The translations under genes and the position numbers were made by a program. A stretch of 64,000 bases of DNA, from assembly GCA_000002445.1 (NCBI GenBank), contig CM000208.1:1280001-1344000 (forward strand), given 5' to 3'. The notes under the pieces were generated by a model. The model did no database searches. It was not told where the DNA came from and saw only the letters and a program-made list of their open reading frames with translations. Source of the DNA: Trypanosoma brucei (lineage: Eukaryota). Every line of letters starts with the position of its first letter. The stretch's first letter is position 1. Of this stretch, positions 56,601 through 64,000 are shown one piece after another.

Positions 56601-59600
56601 CGTTAAGTTTCTCCGCACCGAGGGCATGAAGGATAGACATTGGGACCAAATCTCCAAAGAGATTGGCCGCGATATCCGCCCAGGAAAGACAATCATGACG
56701 ATTAGTGATGTAAAACCTTTGATGACAGTTGAGTATGAAGAAATTTTGCTCCGTATATCGGAGGTGGCGTCCCGCGAGTACCAGATAGAGACTTCACTGA
56801 GGAAGATGAAGGAGGAGTGGGAAAAGATATCTTTCGACGTCCAGCCGTACAAGAGCACAGGGTGTTATCTCGTTACGAAGGATGCGGTGGACACGATACA
56901 AGAAGTGTTGGACGACCAAATGCTTATCACCCAATCCCTTGGCTTCTCACCTTTTAAGAAAATGTTCGAAGCGGACATTGCAGCCTGGGAAGCGTCCCTT
57001 AAGCGGGTGCAGTGCGTAATGGATGAGTGGCTTATCTGTCAAAAGGCGTGGCTGTACCTAGAACCAATTTTCCAGTCGGAGGACATCACACGCCAACTGC
57101 CTAGGGAGACGGAGCGCTTCAAGAAGGTTAACGGGAACTGGCATTACCTCACCAATGAGGCCCATGAGAAAAAACTAGTGTTAGATTTCTGCGCAATACC
57201 TGACAGTTTGAGTAAATTCAAGGATAATAATGATGAACTGGAGCTAATTCAGCGCGGGTTAAACCAGTACCTTGCAAGCAAGAGGAGTGCATTCGCTCGG
57301 TTCTACTTTCTTTCGGATGATGAACTGCTTACGATCCTTTCCGAGGCTCGTGATCCAAGGAAGATACAGCCTCATTTCCGCAAATTGTTTGAGAACATCA
57401 TGGAGATTGATATGCGTGACCCCGGAAACGAAATGTTCGGTATGTACTCGCAGATGCGCGAGTACGTGCCTTTCGACCAGGGTATTCTTCCCCGTAGAAA
57501 CATTGAGAATTGGCTCAGTGAGATCGAACACATGATGCGGATTTCGATTCGCTCTCAACTGTCAAAGGGCGTGAAGGACTGTGCCGAAAAGGGTCGTCAG
57601 AATCTTATTCTCAATGCTCCTGGCCAAGTTGCTATCGCTGTAAGTCAAATCATGTGGACAGCGAGCTGTGAGAGCAGTATCAAGGAGCATGGGTCTTTGG
57701 AACCCTATATGCCGAAGGCAAGGGAAAATCTAATGAGTCTTGTGGAAACGGTACGGCAACCTCTCTCTACGTTGCAACGTGTGAACATTAGTGGTCTCAT
57801 CACTATTGAAGTTCATGCAAAGGATATTGTGGAGAAGTTAACCGAAGATAAAGTTGATAGCATTTACGCATTTGAATGGATTTCTCAACTTCGCTCGTAC
57901 TGGGAAAACAATGACTGCTATTTGCGTCAAGTTGAGGCGCAGTTTCAATATGGTGGTGAGTACCTTGGCAACAGCACCCGTCTTGTCGTGACGCCACTTA
58001 CTGACCGTATCTACCTGACGCTCACTGGGGCCATGCATATGTTCCTTGGTGGTGCACCTGCAGGTCCAGCTGGAACAGGTAAAACAGAAACTGTGAAAGA
58101 TCTTGCCAAAGCGGTCGCAAAGCAGTGCGTCGTGTTTAACTGTCAGGAAGGTATGACGTACGCATCGATGGGTAAATTTTTTAAGGGTTTGGCACAAGCG
58201 GGTGCATGGGCGTGTTTCGATGAATTTAACCGTATTGACGTAGAAGTGCTCTCCGTTGTGGCGCAGCAGGTTTCAACGCTTCAAGAAGCCTCTCGGTCGA
58301 AGCAGTTTCGAATTCCCTTCGAGGGGACAGAAATTATTGTTGATCCCTCGTATTCTGTGTTCATCACGATGAATCCAGGTTACGCTGGACGTACGGAGCT
58401 TCCAGATAACCTGAAAGTTCTGTTCCGCCCCGTTGCGTGTATGGTACCGGACTATGCTATGATCGCCGAAATTCGTCTATTCTCCTTTGGATACTCCAAC
58501 TCTCGTACATTGGCCCAGAAAATGGTTGCGACATTCCGGTTGAGTTCTGAGCAGCTTTCATCTCAAGATCACTACGATTTTGGTATGCGTGCTGTGAACA
58601 CTGTCATTTCGGCTGCTGGGCTAATGAAGCGCGAGTGCCCCGATGAAGAGGAAGATGTCCTGCTACTCCGGGCGCTGCACGATTCCAATGCACCTAAATT
58701 TTTGGACGAGGATCTCCTTTTGTTCTCTGGCATTATCTCCGATTTGTTTCCCGGTGTCGAGCTTCCGACGCGCGATTATGGTTCTTTGCTCTCGACTCTA
58801 AAAGAGAAAGCTGTAACCTTCCGCGTTGAACCTACGGACATGTTCCTCAAGAAGTGCATACAACTCTATGAGATGAACATACTTCGGCACGGCCAAATGC
58901 TGGTTGGACCAACAATGGGTGGGAAGACATCTGCTTCTCGCGTTCTGCAGGCCGCAATGACAAAGCTTCGAGTGGAACTAAATGAGGAACGGTACGCCCA
59001 GGTTTGCATACATGCTCTGAATCCGAAGTCTATTACGATGGCCCAACTCTATGGTGGCTTTGACGATGCCACTGGTGAATGGCGCGACGGGCTCATCGGT
59101 GAACTTTTTCGGATAGCCGCTCGGGACACAACGGACACCAAGCAGTGGATTTATTTTGATGGGCCAGTGGATGCCCTGTGGATTGAATCAATGAATACCG
59201 TGCTAGACGACAACAAGAAACTTTGTCTGATATCTGGTGAGATTATTGCCATGACACCGTACATGAGTTGCTGGTTTGAAGTGGAGGATCTGGCTGTTGC
59301 GTCTCCCGCTACTGTGTCTCGCGCCGGTATGATTTACATGGAACCTTTGGGGTGTATTGGTGTAGATGCCTTCATCAAGACATGGAAGGATTACCGCCTT
59401 CCCTCGAGCATGGAGCCGTACAAGGATGAGTTGGAGAAACTATGCTCTGAACTCTTTCCCCTTCTTATTGAATTTGTGCAGCAGCAGGTGGTGGAATACT
59501 GCCCTTCCGTGTGGCCCAATCTTTTGATTTCATGCTTTAACATATATGAGGTGCTTTTGGAACCCTTTACACCCACGCGAATCGCAGAGGTACCGGAGGA

Positions 59601-62600
59601 ACAGCTGACAAAATTGAAAGCAGTGTACATGCACCTTTTTGTCTTTTCAGTTGTGTGGTCCTTCGGTGCAACAGGGGACCGAGAGAGTCGTAAGCCCTTT
59701 GACTGTTTTCTGCGCACATCGTTGGCAAATTTGGGCGTGCTCATTTCACTCCCACCCATTGGATGTATTCAAGATTACGAGTTCTGCGTGGAGCAGGGGC
59801 GTTGGATCCCCTGGACCGAGCGACTCCCACCCTTCATGGCCAAGGTAACAGCGAACACCTTTGCGGAAATCATTGTGCCCACAGCTGATGTGGTGTGTTA
59901 CAAATTTCTCAACCGTTTGCTGCTGCAGAAGTCGTTCCACACGCTGTGCTGCGGTCCTACGGGTACGGGGAAAACAGTGGTACTCCAGCAGCTTTTGATG
60001 CACGAGATGCCAAAGGAGTTCACACCAATCTTCTTCACGTTTTCTGCTCGCACAAGTGCCAACCAAACGCAAGACCTTATCTTCTCCAAGTTTGAAGTCC
60101 GACGTCGTGCAACCCCGCAAATTTGGGGCGCCCCAGTCAACAAGAAATTTGTCATTCTTATTGACGATATGAACATGCCGGTGAAGGAGCAGTACGGCGC
60201 TCAACCACCTATTGAGATTTTGCGGCAGTACATGGATTACAAGGGATGGTATGATCGCAAGACGCGTGAGTTCTTTAATATTGTTGATATTGTCTTTTCT
60301 GGTGCTATGGGTCCACCAGGCGGTGGTAGAACACACATCAGCCAAAGATTCTTGCGACATTTTAATCTCATTGCGTTTCCAGAGGTTAATGAGGGAAGTA
60401 TGGACCGTATCTTTGGTTCCATTCTGGATGCATACTTCAAACCTTTTAGTGAGGAGGTTTGTCAACTGCTGCCACAGGTGTTGAAGGCATCCATTGCTGT
60501 GTTTAATACGGTAACCAAATCGCTACGCCCAACTCCGTCGCGGTCCCACTACTTGTTTAACCTGCGTGACCTTGCTAAGGTGATCAGTGGTTTAATAATG
60601 GCTACGCCCGAAACAACAAACTGCGCGGTTGGTCTTCTCCGCCTTTGGATTCACGAAGAGATGCGGACATTTAAGGATCGTCTCATCACTGACGCAGACA
60701 GACAATGGTTTGACCAACAGCTACGGAAGCAGGTCGAAGAGAGATTTCATATGCGTTTCAGTGAAGTGGTGCCCCCAGAAAGGGGCACTGACGGATTGCT
60801 TTTTGCGGATTTCATTGGGAAGAAGGACGTCGCTAATCGGTACCAAGAGGTGACCTCCCCGGAGGAGCTTGTCGCAGTTCTGAAGAAGAAGTTAGATGAG
60901 TACAACTTTGTTGCCTTCCACAAACTGCACATTGTGATGTTTTCGTATGCCGTTGAGCATATCTGTCGCATAGCCCGCGCCACCCGAAAGCCTAATGGCC
61001 ACGTTCTGTTGTTAGGCGTTGGTGGTTCAGGGAGGCAGTCCCTGTCGCGCATTGCGGCGTTTATTAATGACTTCGAAACCTTTCAAGTTGAGATTACGAA
61101 GGGATATTCGACAAATGCTTGGCGTGAAGACATTAAGAAGGCACTTCGGCGTGTGGCTTTTCAGAACAAACAGGTTCTCTTTCTTTTCACCGACACACAG
61201 ATTGTACATGAAGCGATGCTGGAGGACGTTAACAACCTGCTAAACTCAGGCGAGGTGCCGAACCTTTTTGAGGGTCCTGATTTGGACGAGGTGTTTACAG
61301 CCATGAAGCCTGTTTGCATTGCTGAGAATATTTCTCTCGACAAGGTGGGTATGTACGCTCGATTTGTCAAGTTTTGCAAGTTTAATCTTCACGTTTCCCT
61401 TTGTATGTCGCCTCTGGGAGAAACTTTCCGAGGACGTCTCCGGATGTTTCCAGCACTAGTGAACTGCTGTACAATTGACTGGTTTACAGCGTGGCCCGCT
61501 CAGGCACTGCACAGTGTTGCTCATAATTACCTCAGCAACATGAAATTACTCACCCCCAAGGAAGTGGAAAGCTGTACTGAACTTTGTGTAATGATACACG
61601 AATCTGTGGAGAAAATGTCGGAGCGCTTCCTCGAGGAGACACGGCGTCATGCGTACGTTACACCAACGTCATTCCTTGAGCTATTGCAAACTTTTAAACT
61701 TATTCTCGAGTCTCAAACGGCCAAGGGGAACATTACCAAGCAACGACTGCAGAATGGTATGGAAAAACTTCGTGAAACTGAAGACGCAGTAGCTGGTTTG
61801 CAGCAGTCTCTGGCCGAAAACCAGCCCATTCTTTTGCAGAAGAGCGAATCTATCAAGAAACTGATGGAGGAGATAATCGTTCAAACAGAATCCGCCGAGG
61901 AAACGAAGCAGGAGGCCGAGAAGGAAGAAGCTGCCGTCGCTGCGAAGCAAAGGGAATGTGCTTCCATCGAGGCCGAGGCTCAGGAACAGCTTAGTGAGGC
62001 GCTGCCAGAGTTGGATCGGGCTTTAGACAGTTTGGCGAACTTGAAGTCTTCACAAATTACTGAGGTGGCTGGTTATAAGGCGCCAACACCCGGTGTCGTC
62101 ATGACGATGCAGGGTATTGCTATTCTTTTCCAGATCAAACCTGTTATGCGTGCTGGTGGTCCCATGGAAGAGAAGAAGCCCGATTACTGGGCAACAGCAA
62201 AGGAACAACTCTTGAACAACCCCAATGCATTATTGCAGCGGCTCATTAACTACGACAGGGAGCACATCAATGAACGCCTTATCCAAGCTGTAATGCCCTT
62301 AGTTTCTTCGGAAGACTTTACGCCAAAAAAGATTGCGGGTGCCAGCCAGGCTTGTGCTGCTATGTGCCAGTGGACGCACGCTATGGTCAAGTTTCATTAT
62401 GTTAACAAGAAGGTGGAACCACTGCGGCAACGGCTAGCCGTTGCGCAGGAAGATAACCGAGTGTTCCAAGAAAAGCTCCGCATTGCTCAAGTGCGGCTGG
62501 AAGCGGTCGCAATGAAGTTGGAGCGGTTGCAAGACGATAAGACCCGTGCTGAAAACGAGATGCAGGAACTAGAGCAGGTGGTTCGTATGACCGAGTTGAA

Positions 62601-64000
62601 ACTTGCGAGGGCGGATATGCTTATTGACGGTTTGGGAGGGGAGAAAAAGAACTGGACAAATACCGTGCGGGAGATTGACGAGAATTTTAAGTATTTAGTG
62701 GGCGACATGCTAGCTGCTGCGGGGCAGATTGCATACGTTGGACCGTTCACAGCGACGTATCGCAGTGAACTACTAACGCAATGGACAGCTGAGCTGGATA
62801 GACATAAGCTCGTCCACCACCCTCAACTTTCCGTCTTTTACACCATGCAGGACCCCATTGTGACACAGGGTTGGAATGTAAATGGCCTGCCTACGGATAT
62901 GCTGTCAGTCGAAAACGCCCTCATCATGAGCAACGCACGCCGGTGGCCACTCATGATTGACCCACAAACTCAAGCAAATAAGTGGATCAGACAGACATAT
63001 CCCGATGGACTAGAGATCCTGAAACCAACCCAAAAGGATTTAGTGAAGCGCATTGAGTACGCCGTTCGATCGGGACGGCCCGTACTATTGGAGAATGTAG
63101 GGGAAAATATTGATGCCACCCTTGCGCCGCTTCTAGCCAAACAGACGTTTATAGAGGGTGGACAAGAGATGATCCGTCTTTCCGAGCATCCGATCCCGTG
63201 GAATCCAGATTTTAAGTTCTTTATGACCACAAAGTTACCGAACCCGCACTATATCCCCGAGGTAATGGTGCAGGTGACGCTGCTTAACTTTTTCATTACT
63301 CCTCAGGGACTTGAAGACCAGCTGCTTGGTGTTGTGGTTGGGCAAGAACGAAAGGAACTAGAGATGCGTAGGAGCGATCTTATCAAGACAAATGCAGCGA
63401 TGCGGGCGGAGGTTGCAAACATCCAAACGACGATTTTGCGGAAGATGGAGGAGGTCAAGGGTGATATTCTAGATGATGAGAGCCTCATTGAATACTTGAA
63501 ACAGTCGAAAACCACAACCAAGGAGATCAATGACAAAGTGGCGGAAGCAGAGCAGGCTGAAATAGAGATTAACGCCAGTCGTGAACTCTACCGCCCGGTG
63601 TCGCGTCACTCCTCATGCTTATACTTCTGCTGCGCGACGCTTTCCAATGTAGACCCTATGTATCAATATTCTTTGCAGTGGTTTGTTCGGTTGTTTATTA
63701 ATGGCATTGAATCGTCGGAAGCTTCCGACAACCTGGAGACGCGGCTTCAGAATCTTCAGGACTACTTTACGTACAGCTTCTACCAAAATATCAGTCGCTC
63801 ACTTTTTGAGAAACACAAAATCATGTTTTCGTTCTACTTGTGTATACGGATTCTGCAGCAGAAGGACGCCATCGACGAGTCTGAATTCCGCTTCCTCCTT
63901 CAAGGCCCTTCGGTAACATTCAAAACGATGCCTAACCCATCACCCTCCTGGCTCACGGAGTCTACGTGGTTAGATCTCTGTTATCTGTCGAAGAAGTTCC
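53629..64000 (+). CDS. Dynein heavy chain, axonemal type, 3'-partial (it continues beyond the window). The tail is short, so it is probably a single-headed inner-arm-type heavy chain.
   Basis: Frame 1 is open from ATG 53629 to the window end. It is absent from the ORF track only because it has no stop. AAA1 P-loop GPAGTGKTET with the downstream CFDEFNR Walker B. AAA2 GPTMGGKTS, AAA3 CGPTGTGKT and AAA4 LLGVGGSGRQSL. A coiled-coil stalk region follows (QTESAEETKQEAEKEEAAVAAKQ...). The AAA1 P-loop sits at about residue 1480. Confidence 0.95.
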   Translation, partial: MSISYKELIALRRAHLARQGQNAPLSPGRSELQASQVGASSETAVVRVDDVSPQLEIEGRPQETLPEWLVDEQQPTVGLSHLPWSQSVEGRYTTEEEVPRAEEPKVMVPHETIKGDLPRMEVMRRWRRRYDKYSLLELLKEKNVVADGRFSWEESEANQSLLPLHVFDNVSYEELSPSDWMSKRDETGGVVCLALPDANVCSWVRGWVTGWDEETNVLTVRLCDAGAATGDPKQTKGTVVRLHRLYVCFNAENPENFAERFAGAYRMRNLLKSVLRQQTFVDAIPTDEFQTVDPYALERVHQLCLNTPKLLQKQDLLQVTKVLNDVRSDYSHVMNRELLNHTVKNGALQELLGGAELPVDRPHVQVQKCGVHELRHNCFRSIVSSFLSNSITARSEIAIAILQRVREGNEVLMARRVFRTSKVPDEQVTLTLNAFEDVQVTSVRENAQFVREKWIPGITEFIKRICSDCDENEDVTLKVRECDYETCKVRGLMNTITLQMEDTLRWVLTNALSEFASFVEECAKYTVKVHSMFDVEVVPHPDLKRARIVPLFKVSLVDGEERNLVWSSSISDFLSMLTEVVYRCLALHTGARSVERRLFTFLFDSHTAFLSSLHDDDPACTSCLRRLTEAVERAGKPLDEYIATFGDVQELIALDVKQYIEDFKQKFPTTKGVEEEILRYNQKQKDVSEMIPRQKDLGLFQVDCTDLKKRLTWKCNQVVNSILDVMLNRANTKATFVINSFQELRDTLVKPTRTPEEVVDRQDFIKAIPEKVFDLQAVISEIQQVYAILDTFHVPFSEEDFNKKWTAISWPARLDDDIIQRQVDLEQTKRSLTLNLRKSQEAFSEKVVQLQHTVASFNRRSNVNKMNEIVGDVNNILENIRQLLETANEFNTHENLLLLEKTDYTMVRDLQSDFEPYASLWLTVHDWNVALREWQARPFPEIDAEAMEKRVMNNYHTISRCCVDPKLTELLTEIAKKTKAKIEEFQPILPFVKFLRTEGMKDRHWDQISKEIGRDIRPGKTIMTISDVKPLMTVEYEEILLRISEVASREYQIETSLRKMKEEWEKISFDVQPYKSTGCYLVTKDAVDTIQEVLDDQMLITQSLGFSPFKKMFEADIAAWEASLKRVQCVMDEWLICQKAWLYLEPIFQSEDITRQLPRETERFKKVNGNWHYLTNEAHEKKLVLDFCAIPDSLSKFKDNNDELELIQRGLNQYLASKRSAFARFYFLSDDELLTILSEARDPRKIQPHFRKLFENIMEIDMRDPGNEMFGMYSQMREYVPFDQGILPRRNIENWLSEIEHMMRISIRSQLSKGVKDCAEKGRQNLILNAPGQVAIAVSQIMWTASCESSIKEHGSLEPYMPKARENLMSLVETVRQPLSTLQRVNISGLITIEVHAKDIVEKLTEDKVDSIYAFEWISQLRSYWENNDCYLRQVEAQFQYGGEYLGNSTRLVVTPLTDRIYLTLTGAMHMFLGGAPAGPAGTGKTETVKDLAKAVAKQCVVFNCQEGMTYASMGKFFKGLAQAGAWACFDEFNRIDVEVLSVVAQQVSTLQEASRSKQFRIPFEGTEIIVDPSYSVFITMNPGYAGRTELPDNLKVLFRPVACMVPDYAMIAEIRLFSFGYSNSRTLAQKMVATFRLSSEQLSSQDHYDFGMRAVNTVISAAGLMKRECPDEEEDVLLLRALHDSNAPKFLDEDLLLFSGIISDLFPGVELPTRDYGSLLSTLKEKAVTFRVEPTDMFLKKCIQLYEMNILRHGQMLVGPTMGGKTSASRVLQAAMTKLRVELNEERYAQVCIHALNPKSITMAQLYGGFDDATGEWRDGLIGELFRIAARDTTDTKQWIYFDGPVDALWIESMNTVLDDNKKLCLISGEIIAMTPYMSCWFEVEDLAVASPATVSRAGMIYMEPLGCIGVDAFIKTWKDYRLPSSMEPYKDELEKLCSELFPLLIEFVQQQVVEYCPSVWPNLLISCFNIYEVLLEPFTPTRIAEVPEEQLTKLKAVYMHLFVFSVVWSFGATGDRESRKPFDCFLRTSLANLGVLISLPPIGCIQDYEFCVEQGRWIPWTERLPPFMAKVTANTFAEIIVPTADVVCYKFLNRLLLQKSFHTLCCGPTGTGKTVVLQQLLMHEMPKEFTPIFFTFSARTSANQTQDLIFSKFEVRRRATPQIWGAPVNKKFVILIDDMNMPVKEQYGAQPPIEILRQYMDYKGWYDRKTREFFNIVDIVFSGAMGPPGGGRTHISQRFLRHFNLIAFPEVNEGSMDRIFGSILDAYFKPFSEEVCQLLPQVLKASIAVFNTVTKSLRPTPSRSHYLFNLRDLAKVISGLIMATPETTNCAVGLLRLWIHEEMRTFKDRLITDADRQWFDQQLRKQVEERFHMRFSEVVPPERGTDGLLFADFIGKKDVANRYQEVTSPEELVAVLKKKLDEYNFVAFHKLHIVMFSYAVEHICRIARATRKPNGHVLLLGVGGSGRQSLSRIAAFINDFETFQVEITKGYSTNAWREDIKKALRRVAFQNKQVLFLFTDTQIVHEAMLEDVNNLLNSGEVPNLFEGPDLDEVFTAMKPVCIAENISLDKVGMYARFVKFCKFNLHVSLCMSPLGETFRGRLRMFPALVNCCTIDWFTAWPAQALHSVAHNYLSNMKLLTPKEVESCTELCVMIHESVEKMSERFLEETRRHAYVTPTSFLELLQTFKLILESQTAKGNITKQRLQNGMEKLRETEDAVAGLQQSLAENQPILLQKSESIKKLMEEIIVQTESAEETKQEAEKEEAAVAAKQRECASIEAEAQEQLSEALPELDRALDSLANLKSSQITEVAGYKAPTPGVVMTMQGIAILFQIKPVMRAGGPMEEKKPDYWATAKEQLLNNPNALLQRLINYDREHINERLIQAVMPLVSSEDFTPKKIAGASQACAAMCQWTHAMVKFHYVNKKVEPLRQRLAVAQEDNRVFQEKLRIAQVRLEAVAMKLERLQDDKTRAENEMQELEQVVRMTELKLARADMLIDGLGGEKKNWTNTVREIDENFKYLVGDMLAAAGQIAYVGPFTATYRSELLTQWTAELDRHKLVHHPQLSVFYTMQDPIVTQGWNVNGLPTDMLSVENALIMSNARRWPLMIDPQTQANKWIRQTYPDGLEILKPTQKDLVKRIEYAVRSGRPVLLENVGENIDATLAPLLAKQTFIEGGQEMIRLSEHPIPWNPDFKFFMTTKLPNPHYIPEVMVQVTLLNFFITPQGLEDQLLGVVVGQERKELEMRRSDLIKTNAAMRAEVANIQTTILRKMEEVKGDILDDESLIEYLKQSKTTTKEINDKVAEAEQAEIEINASRELYRPVSRHSSCLYFCCATLSNVDPMYQYSLQWFVRLFINGIESSEASDNLETRLQNLQDYFTYSFYQNISRSLFEKHKIMFSFYLCIRILQQKDAIDESEFRFLLQGPSVTFKTMPNPSPSWLTESTWLDLCYLSKKF

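Noticed and set aside
1-64000. Prokaryotic-type defence system, CRISPR array, operon or biosynthetic cluster
   Set aside because: The sequence is clearly eukaryotic (kinetoplastid). It encodes a dynein heavy chain, eIF6, AMPK, a MEK and a DEAH helicase, and has trans-splicing-style polyY tracts. There are no short direct repeats with unique spacers, and no Cas-like, restriction or toxin-like ORFs.

Overview
This window is nuclear DNA from a kinetoplastid, most likely a Trypanosoma brucei-group chromosome core. The organism call rests on several observations. Every convincing gene lies on the + strand, as in one polycistronic transcription unit. Genes are separated by polypyrimidine tracts followed by AG, as at trans-splice acceptors. 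The intergenic regions contain (TA)n and (TG)n microsatellites, and the coding composition is T. brucei-like. I can support about 19 protein-coding genes. Ten have recognisable homology: a TPR/J-domain co-chaperone (5'-partial), TFIIH p52, a MAPK kinase, a DEAH-box helicase, NFU1, eIF6, an SNF1/AMPK alpha kinase, two tandem RPS18 copies and a 3'-partial axonemal dynein heavy chain. Nine others have distinctive motifs or no recognisable homology at all. They are an Arf-like GTPase with an N-terminal Dpy-30/RIIa domain, a 1702-aa protein with two cyclic-nucleotide-binding domains followed by C2 domains, a 1135-aa coiled-coil protein with several C2 domains, a three-finger CCCH protein, an RNase III plus U1-type zinc-finger protein, and four hypothetical proteins. 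I found no rRNA, no convincing tRNA, no CRISPR array and no prokaryote-style defence or biosynthetic cluster. The most unusual non-genic features are two. One is a ~350-bp near-identical dispersed repeat that sits just downstream of two unrelated genes. The other is a pair of multi-kb gene-free low-complexity blocks (about 21.5-24.5 kb and 26.6-33.0 kb) flanking the CCCH gene. These blocks are either exceptionally long UTRs or an internal boundary of the transcription unit.
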